Positions 1 to 13,350 of a DNA stretch of 64,000 nt are shown here, piece by piece. Source of the DNA: Octopus bimaculoides (lineage: Eukaryota); contig NC_068993.1 of assembly GCF_001194135.2 (NCBI RefSeq), positions 14,946,457 through 15,010,456 on the forward strand. Direction: 5' to 3'. Numbering within the stretch: the first letter of the stretch is position 1; the number at the start of each line of letters is the position of its first letter. The notes beneath the pieces are model-generated. The model was given only the letters and a program-made list of their open reading frames with translations. It ran no database searches and was not told the DNA's origin. Both the position numbers and the translations under genes were made by a program.

Positions 1-225
1 TGTGTGTTGTGTTCTTGAGCAAGAGACTTTATTTCACGTTACTCCAGTTCACTCAACTATAGAAGAGTTGCGACGTCACTGGTGCCAAGCTGTATCGGCC
101 CTTGCCTTTCCCTCGGATAACATCAGTGGCGTGGAGAGAGGAGGCTGGTATGCATGGCCGACTATTGGTTTTCCATACACAACCTTGCCCGGGCTTGTAC
201 CTGGGAGGGTAACTTTCTAGGTGCA
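1..225 (+). mobile_element. SINE, body and tail, family D (head cut by the window edge)
   Basis: Carries the cttgagcaag..cttt atttcacgtt.ctccagt central motif also seen at 8070-8100 and 20560-20590. The 3' part (gtatgcatgg.cgact..tggt.ttccata.ac.accttg...ggagggtaactttctaggtgcaa.ccca) recurs at 49155-49245. Confidence 0.75.
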
Positions 226-239
226 ACCCCATATTCTTA

Positions 240-475
240 AAGTGACACTTCATATATGGTGAATTCAAAATAACCCACCATTAGGTTCGCGAGAACAAAG
301 GCTACTTTCGGTCCTGTCGCAATTCCGCATTTTTGACGATAGTATAAGTCATCAAATAGGAAATAATTGTTCTGAAGTATACGTTTTAAAAATTCAATAA
401 TAAATATCTGAGTTATGCGTTTCAGGAGTATTTCGGGGTACTTTTCCACCCAGAATTTGATTGCTTTTATTCCAC
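240..475 (-). mobile_element. Penelope-like element (PLE) reverse transcriptase fragment
   Basis: Minus frame reads GIKAIKFWVEKYPEILLKRITQIFIIEFLKRILQNNYFLFDDLYYRQKCGIATGPKVAFVLANLMVGYFE. This fits the PLE RT segment IL.NN.F.F....Y.Q..G.AMG...AP.LANL.M and overlaps the end of the peptide at 29425-30022 (GIEAIQFWLENY...FILENNFF). Confidence 0.85.
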
Positions 476-3400
476 GTCATTGAATCTTTCACTCATAAAA
501 TTCACACACAACATTGACCTAGAAATTTCTTCTCAAGAAAATACGTATTTAAACAAATTTTAATGTCATGAATAGTGAAAGCGAAATCGGTCGACAAACA
601 ATACAAACTATATTAAAAATTATATTAAAACTATGCAAACTGTGTGCATTTTCCTTCTTTAATTTCTTGTGTGTGTGTGTGTGTGTTGAGCATGTATGTA
701 GAGTCACTTCAAGAAATTAGTCATTTCTCATATATTTCTCCTAACTCCCTTTTTGTAATGATGCACAATAGATTGGCAAAAATCCAACGGCAAATCTTTA
801 AAATCACTTTTAAAATCTCAGCCAGCTTTCATCACTGTTATAGTCTAAGAACGAAACTTGAATATAGATTTCATTAAACCTGGTAACAATAAACAATGTA
901 AACACAATTTTGTGTAGAATAAGTTGTAATTTTCTTTTTAATTAACTCCTTTTCATTTTCAGTGTTGTTAAAATTTGCCGAAAGTTTATGCTTATTTGTA
1001 TAGCTAAAACATAAACTTGAATTCATTTACAATTTTTTTGCAAATGTCATTTAGTACATGAATGCCTACAGGAAAATTTATTTGCATGTTTTCATATCTG
1101 ATTTTCACAGACAAAGTCTATTTAAAGAATTCATTTTGCGATTAATTTAAGTAAACACAGTCTTCACACTGAAATATGGGCAAAGAAAATGTGTCTGTGT
1201 TATACATACACACAGCGGTCCATGGAGGTACGATCATCAACTATTCACGACCAGCTTCCATTGTACATGAAATCTATAGTGAGAAGTAATTAACATCTTA
1301 ATAAATTTCATTGACAACATATAGATAAATATATGTAAAAAGCATTGACAGGAGAATTCTTAGGTTGCGTGTAGTTACATATTTTACCTGGCTCTGTCAT
1401 CGTGACCAAACATAGCTAGTGTGTCGTTGCTTCACCTATAGACACAGAACAACAGCAAGGAGGTGGCAGCTGGGACAAATAAGGCTCACTGGTCGGTATT
1501 CATTTCTTCTTAGGAAGTTGTAGCAATTTCAAATTAAGGGCATCGCTGGAGTACAGAACTCACCGCCCGGTCAAGGAACTGAACACATAATCTTTTAATT
1601 GGGGTCCCAAGTTACCAATATCCTAACATCTAGATGCTAGGCAACTAACTATATTTATATATATACCTGGGCAAATCAAAAGCACAAACAAAAACAATAG
1701 AATTCAAAAGGACATACAAAGAAAATATATTAGACTGACGTTCAAGGAAAGTAAGATGGAAAAAAGAGGTGGCTGTGAAATCTGGAGCATGGGGCGTCGT
1801 CAGAAAGAAGGTCCGGAAAGAGGAAGAAGAAGAATCCGTGAAAAGCACGGGGTGTCGTTACTTGGCTGGCAAATATATTAGAATTCAATACATCTCTGTC
1901 CTAGAATTAAGTGCTAGGCGAGTACAGAGCGTATTCTTCATAACTGAATGACAAAAGAAAAGTAATTACATGATCAACTTCATTAGCTTACAACTGTTTC
2001 TTTAATATCGAACAGTATTCTCGGAACTGAGTGCGTATACATCATCTCATAATTTGTTCGGAGCCTTACGTATGAATGCGTGCCGGTTTAATTTTGCTGT
2101 TTAAATCATGCTGCATCATATAGTATTCCATCGAAGCTTCGTACATGTGTCGCAATCCAGATTTTAGAAAATAATCTTGATTTTGCATGCTATCACGTAT
2201 CCCAAAATGGCGACCTCGAGTCTATTTGCAACGTATTTTATTAAAAGTATCCTGAAATCAGCCATTGTTGTCCAGTATCAGAATATCTACGAGGATATGC
2301 TTGCTATGCACATAATAGAATAGAGGGAGGCGCAATAGTTATCTTTTCTAATGTAGCTCTACAGAGCAAGTAGCAAGGGACAGGACACGCTTGCTCTGAA
2401 GGAACTACAAAGAGGATAACAAAATTTAATGCAAATCTACACACACAAACACACACATATACATATATATATTTGTGTGTATATATATATTTACGTATAT
2501 CACAAATATTAAGCTAACCTCCATTGTATTTATGAAGAAGAATACTCTGTTACAATGTCTCGATACAGTAAATACAAGAACACAGCCGACAAAGAGATAA
2601 CAACAATAATTCAATTATGTGGCTGTCTATAATGCAGATGGTTTCAAAGAGAGAAAGCATGATATAAAGACGATATGAAACTCAGAAAGAACGTTTATAA
2701 GAAACAAAATAGTATTCCTCATTCATTTTATACATGTTACAATTTCAATGAATGTTATTCAGTTCGGCTTTCAGGTGTGTTTATCTAAATGTTAATATTA
2801 TTACCTTTTGTTAAGATATAAAAGACAGTTATGCTGTATCTACTTATGTAGATATAGCTTTTTGTTCTTTTTCTTCCGTTTTTTATTTATTTATTTATCT
2901 TTCCTGTTGCTATTGCTGTAACAGCTTCTATCCAGTATTATTTCTATGTTATTAAATGTACGTTCTTAGCGTATGTTCGCCAGTAGATAGGTATGCGCGC
3001 TTCTTTGCATATATATATATATATATATGTATTTGTGTTCGTGAATGTGTAGGTCTCTCTGTAAGTGCGTGTGTTCTGACTTGCTGTGTGTATAGCTTAT
3101 TTATTGGAGTATCTGTGAAATCAATGGCACTGAGTAAATATTTCTACATTTGTACATTTTTATATATAAATAATATGTTTACTATAATGAATATTTCATA
3201 CGTATGCTTATATACATAACGTATACATATATATGTGTGTGTGTGAGTGTGTGTATGTGTGTGTAAGTAAGTATGTATGTATTTATGTATGTATATAGGT
3301 TTATAAATATATATACATACGTACTAACGTATATACTTAGATATACATATTCGTATGAGATGCATTTCATGCATAGACACAGTTTAATATTAATGTTTTT

Positions 3401-3954
3401 GAGAAGCCATCCGCTATTTACATTGGAATAAGCATAATAAATACCAGGGTGTACACAAACACAAAAATTACTAATTTCACAATATATTTAGTTCTTATAT
3501 ATACATTATTTTCATGCATACTGTCATATATACATGTATGTGTATGTATATTTGGACATATCTGTATACATATGTGTGTAAATATACATATATTTGTATA
3601 CATGTATGCACATATATTTACGTATATGTATATATATATATATATATATNNNNNNNNNNNNNNNNNNNNNNNNNNNNNNNNNNNNNNNNNNNNNNNNNNN
3701 NNNNNNNNNNNNNNNNNNNNNNNNNNNNNNNNNNNNNNNNNNNNNNNNNNNNNNNNNNNNNNNNNNNNNNNNNNNNNNNNNNNNNNNNNNNNNNNNNNNN
3801 NNNNNNNNNNNNNNNNNNNNNNNNNNNNNNNNNNNNNNNNNNNNNNNNNNNNNNNNNNNNNNNNNNNNNNNNNNNNNNNNNNNNNNNNNNNNNNNNNNNN
3901 NNNNNNNNNNNNNNNNNNNNNNNNNNNNNNNNNNNNNNNNNNNNNNNNNNNNNN

Positions 3955-4019
<65 letters not shown>

Positions 4020-4059
4020 ATTTTAATATAGACTGAAAAAATAACGTGTTTGTTATTGT

Positions 4060-4400
4060 CAATGATATTCATTGCTTATGAGTATACGAGATCGCTAAAG
4101 TTGTTTACAAGTAGGTTTCTATGATATTTATTTTATTGGGAAATGAAATGTTGTTATGCCCCAAAGATCCATTGATGTTATGGATGTGGTGGTTTAATCG
4201 ATATGGAATGCATACACGTGTACAATGTCGCACAGACTGTTTTAAGTTTTTTGTTACAATTGATTGGATTTCAAGGTTAACAGAACCTATTGTATTGCAG
4301 CTATTATATCATCCAATCGAAATATGATCTTAGAAGTATTGATACCCACCTAAAATCTTTGACTCTTTCGTTAGTGTTATCGTCGTTCTTGTGAGATTAG
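4060..4400 (-). mobile_element. Possible very old PLE RT remnant
   Basis: Broken minus frame KIIFRLDDIIAAIQ*...NSLCDIVHV...TTTSITSMDLW loosely resembles the R(Y/F)LDD..LNS.H..I.FT....S..FLDL region. It has many stops and is judged by eye only. Confidence 0.25.
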
Positions 4401-6779
4401 GCACCTACTTGTAAGGTGCAGCACTTTGCAAGTCTGTTATTCGTTTGTATTGGTGTCAGCTGTTGAAAATATTTACGTTCGACAGTTGTATTCTTTGAGA
4501 AAGACAACTAGGTAAAATCCAACACCAGTATAGGCATGTAGCTTGTCAAACCACTAGTTCTATTGTATTTGTTTTTAGACAAGTTCTCTATCCATTGCCA
4601 TTTTGTCTGTCATGTCGCGACTTCACTATATTCCTCATTTTTCTGAGTGGACTAAAGCAATGTGAAATGAAGTGTTCTGTATGCACAAAAATACAACGCT
4701 TCCTAAGTACTGGAATCGAAATCACAATATCACGTTTATGAATCCAACACCCTATCAACTAAGATTAGGATGTTGTAGTAATGATCAGACGGCGCTACAT
4801 AAAGGCAGCAACCTATACAAATTCGTAGCAATGATACTGTGAATGACGCATCAGGAAGTCTAAAAGTGACACACACCACCCATGGTGAAGCACCTCACAT
4901 TTTAACAATTGACTGCGCTGGGACCAATAATTTATATATCAATAGAGAAATTTTGAACTACGTATTTGACATTGGTAACATTTGAACTGAACAACATTTA
5001 AGTGCATAATAAAAAAAAGGCATCGTGTCCAAGGCTTTGAAGACTTCTCCAGTTAGTCACGAATGCATCATATTGATATAGTAGTCAGGTTGAATGCAGC
5101 AACAGAAGTATCAAGCCCATTCACAACGTGCACCACTGTAAGAAGCTTCAACTTCTGACTGATAATCAGTATGAATCGATTATTACAACTGAGTAATTGT
5201 AATGACTGTAACCAAATATTATTTGGAGATAGATCCTCCGTTTGATTCCAGTGGTACCGGTTTTTCAATCAAATCGACTGCTTCCTTATTTAATGATAAA
5301 TTTGGTTGTTGAGTACAGGACCAGACAAATTTGTACCGCAGGACACAGTGAGATAGTGCGCTAAGAATGATAGCCCTTTCAATTTCATATACATTTTCAG
5401 ATATATCTGAAATCTCAGTATCAAATATATATTGAGAATTTCGGAAAATCCATTGGTCGGTTTTCGGGCAAATTTCGTCTACTCAGTTTCGATCACATTG
5501 ATAGAGTTCATCCAGAGTAAATGGAAAGGAGTCATCCAAAATACCACATAATGAAAACGGAACGAAGACCTCTTGAGAAGGAAAACAAATTGCTCATCGA
5601 ACATGTTGTGAAAAATAATAATCTGTTACACGTATGTTAGTTAATCATAATATTGCCAATACAGCTTACTAACAAACCAAGACATACTAGATTTTTAGGA
5701 GAAAAATGACTATGTAAGAAAATGAAGCTCAAATTGAAATATATATGAAAATACGAAGTCAGTCATGGACCTCAGAAGCAGGGATTGAACGACTAATATT
5801 ATGACAACACACTAGAGATAGAATTTTAAAAAAGCCGATCACCTACACAAAATATAAGCACTTGCAAAGTAATGAAAGCTCTATATGAGAGTATAACGTC
5901 CAGAATGCAGCTGAGACTTGACAACTCAACGAAATACATTTGAAATAATAACTTACAAAGCACCTGATGCTCTGCCGAAAAGATGATAATAAAAATTATT
6001 CCACAAGCAGAGAACTCATCATAACGTGACAGAGTCACAGAAAACATAAAACAAGAACCAAGAAGTTGACCACACGAGATTCTACAGAAATACGTTTACA
6101 AATATGTAAACAACAAAAAAACTATGCGCTTTAACTTTTATTCTGTAACATACAACGTCAAAACGCTCAATACAGAGAGATGATGGATATATCTTACAAT
6201 AGGTTTAGCTAAAGATGTAATATATGTAAGAGGCACGACCATAACAAGCTCACGGGCTCGGACAACGGTTGATAATTAATTCAAGATATTCATGAAATAA
6301 AACGTCTGAACGTAGTATCGAACAAACCAAGAGTTCTGAATGAAGTAGAAAGCGAGTAATCTGATATTCAAAATACATTGAAATAATCAGATATTATGGC
6401 GAACGGCTTTCAAGATGAAGGCAACTATCGATGTAGAACGCAGCAGACACCTCATGAAAGACAGGTGTCGCTGCTGCAATATATACAATTCCACCATCTC
6501 TTAAGACGTTTACTCCAAGGGAGACTACTACTAGTAGTGTTTGCAAGTTACATCACCCTATATAGCTGGCAGTTCACAACTCCACTTAGATACCATTTTA
6601 GCTTTATATTGACAAAAATATAATAACATTACCAGTTATCCATGTTGCGTAACGCTTTTTCTTCCCAAGCCCGCCACAGATTTGTTGCATATGGACATCC
6701 AAACAATTTTGTATAAAATTGTCAACTACATTATCCCAGTCGACAATAATGCTATAATCATCATCGACAGCAGCACGAG

Positions 6780-6780
<1 letters not shown>

Positions 6781-6833
<53 letters not shown>

Positions 6834-6866
6834 CACTGCTACTACTACTACTACTACTACTACTAG
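6781..6866. repeat. (ACT)n microsatellite
   Basis: Directly visible; explains the poly-T/S/V ORFs at 6604-7046. Confidence 0.95.
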
Positions 6867-7969
6867 TTGCAGCGGCACCAGCTGTAGCATGAGAATATAA
6901 ATATAGATGCCGATAAATTGGAGACAATATAAGAAGGTAAACCATAAAAAATAAATGTATATTAAAAATGATATCGGAATAGAGAAAAAATTTGTTGGGG
7001 CAACAAAACGGCGAAGAAAATATAAACAACAGATCAATAACAACATAATAGTATATCTTTCAGAAATACTACCAAATAACTCTCTGAAAGATTTCTATGA
7101 GAAATACAATTAAGTAAACACCCCAGAAGTATAATAAACCAATAAGTATACGAAAATATGAAAAGATATTTAGAAGCCTGAAGGAAAACAAAATATTGAA
7201 ATAAACTAATTCTGGAATATATATTCTTTGCGAAGAAAGTAACAGAATTTCACTAACTGAAAGAAGAAAAAGAAATGCTGAAAAATACATTGGTGTATAT
7301 ACAACAAAGCAGTGGCATCAGATCGTAAAACATGAATGTCTAAATGACGTAGGCGACCGGAAATAGATCATTTATGCAACTGCCACACTTATTTCCAGAG
7401 AGACTAGGGTATGAGCTTGAAAAATATATATATATATATAAATTGAAATATGGTAAAAAAAAAAATTATAATAATAGCAAAAAAACAAAGAAAAGCGAAA
7501 AATGAAGATTGAAATTGGTGAGAAGAATATGCTGAAAGAATATAAAGATTGAAAAAGAAGGTCTTTTGCTAACTTTTTGAGCTGTCAAAGAAAAACTAAA
7601 ATTATAAAGAATGGCTGAATGGGATATGAATAAAATAGCAGTAGATCACACGCACACATACATCTATCTATACATACATACATAAATATATATATATATA
7701 TATACAAGCGCATATATGATGAGAGAGAAAAGGCTTTTCGAATTCCAACGTACTGTTATGTCAGTATATATGAGTGTGAGTGTTCGCGCGTGTCACACAA
7801 AACGTGCAACAACCTAAGGCTGACAACCTTTACCAAGTATTACAGAAATTGTGAAACAAAATGGTTTGATTAAGAAGGAAATGATTCGAAACTGACCCAT
7901 GAATAAACAGTGTAGTATTTACATATTTGCATATTGACAATCATATCCCATGATGGGATTGCGTAACTA

Positions 7970-8215
7970 GTGGAGGCACGTGGCTTAGTATTTATAGTGT
8001 TAAACACATGATCACAAGATTGGGGTTACGATTCTGGAAACGACGATGCAGCGTTTTGTCCTTGAGCAAAACACTTCATTTGACGTTGCTCCAGTCCACT
8101 CAGCTGACGAAAATGAGTAATCCTGCGACAGACCGGCGTCCCATCCAGGTAGGGAATGCATACGCCATGAAAGCAGGAAATCAGCCCTTATGAATCGGTA
8201 TGATCCGAAAAGGTA
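7970..8215 (+). mobile_element. tRNA-derived SINE
   Basis: Head gtggaggcacgtggcttagt (A-box-like) with a degenerate B box, then the central motif gtccttgagcaaaacacttcatttgacgttgctccagtccactcagctg shared with 1-60 and 20550-20600. Confidence 0.75.
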
Positions 8216-8539
8216 ATTTGTTTACCTTTTTTTTTTAATAGCGTAATGGTATTAACAAAAGATTCTATAGACATATTTAAGAGAGATAACATCAAATAAA
8301 CTACAGAGAAACCGGTTCAATTATTTCTGTTTAAAAATGTTCGAACTTTTTCTACGCCTTACGTATCAGATGTGATATGTAGGTTAAATATATGTAGTTC
8401 TCTTTTAAGATGACTCATTGTTAAAATGATGGAAATAAGAGAAGCATATATACAGGTGAGATAATCAAATATGTCATTAGGAGATATTACCTTGGTGTTG
8501 CTAGTTTCAATAGATGCATGTTCCTTTGAGTGGCTTCCA

Positions 8540-8757
8540 TATTCTTTTCTGCTCTAGGCACAAAGCTCGAAATTTCGGGGGAGAAGGCCTGTTGATTAGA
8601 TCGACTACAGTACGCAACTGGGATGCAATTTATCGACCCAAAAAGGATGAAAGGCAAAGCCGATCTCGGCGGAATTTGAACTCAGAACGTAAAGAGAAAT
8701 GAAATACCGCCAAGCATTTCGCCCGGAGTCCTGACGTTTCTGCCAGATTACCGTCTT
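8540..8757 (-). mobile_element. SINE family A (antisense)
   Basis: Reverse complement matches the young copy at 24196-24428 (ttctgagttcaaattccgccgag.tcg.ctttgcctttcatcctt). Confidence 0.85.
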
Positions 8758-8892
8758 AGTGCTTTCCATATTGTCTGATTGAACTCTATTGCAATGTAGA
8801 TGCGTAGGTCATATAGTGAATGTCTTGTATTAGTAGTGTTTTATATGTTAGATTTTGATATTAAAATTTCATCATCAGGAAGTAAGAAGCTT

Positions 8893-9013
8893 TCTTCCCA
8901 ACTACATGGCTCCGGGTACTTGGTTAAGTGTCTTCTACTATAGCTTAGGGCCGACCAAAGCCTTGTGAATGGATTTGGTAGACAGAAACTGAAAGAAGCC
9001 CGTCGTATATATA

Positions 9014-9074
<61 letters not shown>

Positions 9075-9350
9075 TTATATATATATGTGTGTGTGTGTGA
9101 ATGTGTGTGTGTATGTGTCGTTATGTTTGCTCCCCCACACACACAAACACCACCGATATTGGTGGGTTTATGTCCCCGAAATTTAGCGGTTCGACAAAAG
9201 CGACCAATAGAATAAGTACTAGGCTTACAAAGACTAAGTCCCTGGGTATATTTCTTCTATTAAATGCGGTGTTCCAGCGTAGCTGCAGTCAAATTACTGA
9301 AACGTGTAAAAGAGTAAAAGAGATGAAAGAATAAAAGAGTAAAAGAGATA
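8893..9350 (+). mobile_element. SINE family B with internal (TA)n/(TG)n expansion
   Basis: gggccgaccaaagccttgtgaatggatttggtagacagaaactgaaagaagcccgtcg, then a microsatellite, then the 3' module tagcggttcgacaaaag..gaataagtactaggc..gcagtcaaat.actgaaac. Same architecture at 12025, 46185 and 50381. Confidence 0.85.
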
Positions 9351-11012
9351 GAGAAAGGCAGATAGAGAAAGGGATGGAAAGACATAGGACACCAAGGGTT
9401 GAAGTGATTTTTAAAGGGTGGAACCAACTGTTTTACGTCTTAGAAACTAATTGTGATACCTAATAATATCATGATAGTCGTAGTGAAATGAAGAAGTTGA
9501 AAAGAACATGAAATGCTGGGCCTCTTTCGCAGTATGTGTGTGCAGTGCGAATTCAAAATTTATCCGCGCTTTAGAGCCTCGTTTTGGAAAGAACTGAAAC
9601 GTCTGAATGCAGGTGAATGATTCAAGAAACCCAACACCTTGCGGTGCATAATGATAGATACTGCAGGCGTCGATAAAACACATGAATAATATTTTTTTTT
9701 TTTCAATATGTTAGGGATACGACAGAGGATTTTAGCTGAAAGACAAATAAAATGCATAGACGGATGTAGTACAGTTATCGAGAAAAGAACAGTCACCATC
9801 GTAGAAACAAAGGGAGAATACTCCATTAATAGTCATCCCTTTTGAACATTTGAACTGTTGTTATCAAAACATTGTCCTGCTGCAGCCACAACTGTCCTTG
9901 TATATCTTATAGAATTCTGCAATAACTCGTTTTAAAATAGTAATTTCTAAATCAATTATTTCATGAAGTTTTCACCAATTACATCTAATGATACAAGTTT
10001 ATGTACTCTATTTCATTTTTTAAAAGATCGTTTTACATTGAAAAGAAAGATATTAAATTTCAAATAACACAAATATTAAGTGCTTTTCGAGTATTACATG
10101 TAAACACTAAAATTTCATTTCGTGACAGTTTTTCTTGTTTAACTTCCAAAGGAACATCATGAAATATGCAATAATTCGCTAGAAAAGTATATGCAAATGT
10201 TTCCCAGCAGCAGTTTCAGTAAATTGTACCATATATCTTACCTTAAAATCAGCAGTAAACCAAAGAAAATGCGTTATAAATCACTGATTTATTATTTTAT
10301 TATATTCCTTGAAATAATTCAAACGGGAAACAAATACTTTTAGACATTTGAAGAGAGAAAAAAATTGATGCAGTTGACACTTCCGAGAGAACCATTTTTA
10401 TCAGGAATTGTCCTTCATAACGATTCAGTGTAGCATTCCAACTGCAAAGGTCTCTTTACGAATATAGTACAGATAACTATCAGAAGTTGGAAGCTGAGTG
10501 ATACTTTGAATTAGACGAATGCCACGAGATGCACGGCGTATACATTGTTGCATTTACATATTTATGTGAGCACCGACATGTGAGACACGTACGAGTATGT
10601 AGAACAAATTCCATGACAGAAGGCTCCCGAATCATTGCAACAAGATATTGTTGTTACTACATTAGGAGTATTGATGTTATAGTAGTGTAAATATCACAGG
10701 TATCAGGAAAGCGCGTTTCCTAGTGCTTAGAGTGTTACAAGAACCGTAATAACGTGGTTTTTATTCTGTGACAGGGCAAAGCTTTTCTTAAGTAACATAC
10801 ATCATTTCACGTAGCTCCAGCTTGATCAGCAATAAAATAACAACACTTCGTTGGACTGGTGCCCTGGACAGGTAGGATGTTACAATTTCGGTCACTTATG
10901 CGCCAGAGAAGCAGGGTAACTGCCCATATGAGATCTGGGACTCTAGACGGTACTTATTGACTTTATGATATTTAAATGTATTTTTTTTTTCATGTTTCAT
11001 AAAGTATTTATC

Positions 11013-11220
11013 AGAATCTATAAGTATCGCATGTTCTCTGCAACGATAAAGTATCCTGGAAATTAACAAGTATTTACAAGCTAACGTAATCCTAATATTG
11101 AATTTTTTTACCTTGTGTGAAGAATCTATGAGAATTGCATGTTCTCTGCTAGAATAAAGCATCATGGAAATTAACAAGTATTTCTAAGTTAAGATAATCC
11201 TGATATTGAATTTTTTGGTG
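11013..11220. repeat. Two-copy tandem duplication, period 108 bp
   Basis: agaatcta..gcatgttctctgc..ataaag.atc.tggaaattaacaagtattt..aag.taa..taatcct.atattgaattttt starts at 11013 and again at 11121. Confidence 0.85.
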
Positions 11221-11785
11221 AATAATACCAATTACCGAAACATAGATGAAACTTTTTTTTCACTATCTTTTATTTCACATTTTATATTAATGTGCACGCA
11301 GCTTCGAGTGCACTTTTCTTGCACACTTATTAGTTTCAATTTGCTTCGTAGATTTTCTACTACTGTGCAGGTATAACATAGAAACATTATTAAACACCTT
11401 TCGGAATATTAAAACTTATGTCACTTATTGTTTGTATATGTTGTTAAATACCAAAAATGGACTTATTATCTGCGATTTCATTTTCTGTAATAAACTCTGC
11501 TTTTTACATTTTTTCTTTAATTTTGAATATTATGAATGTACTTAGCGACTGATATCATATGATATTGTATGTTGTAACCGAATTAATTTTAATATGGAAG
11601 AGACACGGTAATTATATTTTTAGAAGATACACATATTGTTATGTTAACTTTGGTATGATTTTTGAACGTATTATGCAATATAAGGAGTAACAGTATAGTA
11701 AAATGGTTTGATAATTTGTTTCGCAAACAGGAGGTTCTGGCATTGATCCTACTGTATAACATATGAGGCAGATATTGTTAACTAT

Positions 11786-11980
11786 GTGGAGACGCAATGG
11801 CCCAGCGGTTAGAGCAGCGGTCTCGCGTTCGGAGGATCGTGGTTTCGATTCCCAGACCAGGCGTTGTGTGTGTTTATTGAGTGAAAACACCTAAAGCTCC
11901 ACGAGGCTCCGGCAGGTGGTGGTAGTGACCCCTGTTGTACTCTTTCGCCCCAACTTTCTCTCACTCTTTCTTCCTGTTAC
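11786..11980 (+). mobile_element. tRNA-derived SINE family C (5' part)
   Basis: Clear Pol III-type head: A-box-like tggcccagcggttagagc and B-box-like ggtttcgattccc, followed by a non-tRNA body. No tRNA acceptor stem closure. Confidence 0.85.
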
Positions 11981-12024
11981 TTAGGTAAAGCTGCGACGGA
12001 CTGGCGTCAGATTGTTTTGACAAG

Positions 12025-12176
12025 CGTGGCAATGGGTAAGAAGCATGCTTCCCAGCCACATGGATCCGGATTCAGTCCCACTGCGTGGCATCTTGCGCAA
12101 GTGTCTTCTAGTCATAGCCTTGGGCCGACTTAAAGCTTGTGAGTGGATTTGGTAGACTGAAACTGGAAGAAGTACG

Positions 12177-12209
<33 letters not shown>

Positions 12210-12458
12210 TGTGTGTGTTTGTGTGTGTGTGTCTATATGTATGTATGTATGTATATATGAGTGTCTTTGTGTCGGTGCTTGTCCTTCTATCACCACTTGA
12301 CAACCGGTTTTGGTGTGTTTCAATCCCCGTAAACCGATATAAGTACTAGGCTTTAAAAAACTAAGCCCTAGAGTTGATTTGTTCGACTAAGACCCTTCAA
12401 AGCGGTGCTTCATCATGGCCGCAATCAAATGATTGAATCTAAAAAAAAGAATAAAAGA

Positions 12459-12460
<2 letters not shown>
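12025..12460 (+). mobile_element. SINE family B
   Basis: Head gcgtggc..tgggtaagaagc.tgcttcccagccacatgg.tccgg.ttcagtcccactgcgtggc, internal (TA)/(TG) tract, and tail cgactaagacccttcaa.gcggtgct..a.catggccgca.tcaaatga. Confidence 0.85.
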
Positions 12461-12500
<40 letters not shown>

Positions 12501-13192
12501 CTACAAAATAAACCAAAAATTATAAACAGTACAGTATAGAATTCCGTGAATCACGGGCTGGTATGGCTCAGTAATATGTTACCTGAATTGGCTAATTGCT
12601 TTAGGTGCTAATACAGTGCTGATGTGAAATAGTCACAGTTTTGGCACCCTTCACTTTTGACTAGCAGAACATCCACAAACTGGGAGATGTAGAATGGAAG
12701 GGCTGCAACGGCAGCCGGTTATTGTTGCATAGTAATACTCAAACTGAAATAGTGCGAAATGAAGTGCTTTGCTCTGGGATACAATACACCAATATGTCCA
12801 AGATGTGAAACAATCAACGCATGAACCAAATCTGCTAATCCCTTCACTAAACACCTTCACAAAACAAAAATTGATACAATGATATATTTCTGTGTTGAAA
12901 TGATTGATTTTAAATTTTATTGGTGTTTTTTTCCGATAGGGTCTCCATCAGTAAATATAAATAATCTACACAGACCATGGCAAGATTTTTATTTAAATTA
13001 GCTATTTCCAAAGCATGCAATCCTCCCTCTTCATACCACCGATGTACATCTAAAGTTAAGAATAATATGATACCCTATAGTTTGGCACTAGTGCCGTCTC
13101 GGAAGCTGTTGTCCGAATGTAAAAACCCAAGTGGGGTACTATACGACTTGCCCTACCCTTTAAGTTCCGCCAAACCAACTTCCGCAATTATC

Positions 13193-13235
<43 letters not shown>

Positions 13236-13239
13236 TTTC

Positions 13240-13350
13240 GTCACATCCAAAATGATGGAAAGGTGAGGTGATCGACGTAAGATTTGAACTCAGAACACAG
13301 AGAGTCGGAAGACGCATTTTATCTACCATCACTAACAACTACGCTTGTTT
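13240..13350 (-). mobile_element. SINE family A fragment
   Basis: atttgaactcagaac motif in degraded antisense family-A context. Confidence 0.55.

Noticed and set aside
1385-1666. Minus-strand splice-like signals (cag|gtaaaa, gcg|gtgagt, strong acceptor tttgcccag at 1667)
   Set aside because: Implied exons have stops in all frames or are tiny; could be UTR but unsupported.
2203-2212. YY1-like CAAAATGGCG (also CAAGATGGCG at 19649-19658)
   Set aside because: Short motifs followed by only a 40-codon or immediately stopped ORF; no other promoter evidence.
5200-7330. Coding-like, purine-rich stretches with open runs of up to about 80 codons
   Set aside because: No recognisable motif and many stops; probably ancient TE debris that I cannot assign.
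7860-7900. aagaaggaaatgattcgaaactgac, reminiscent of a pLTR hammerhead
   Set aside because: No CUGANGA core and only partial stems.
11786-11860. tRNA-like head with A and B boxes
   Set aside because: No full cloverleaf and it continues into a SINE body; not a tRNA gene.
12660-12810. Possible plus-strand exon NIHKLGDVEWKGCNGSRLLLH..
   Set aside because: Plausible acceptor, but no donor, no partner exon and no family match.
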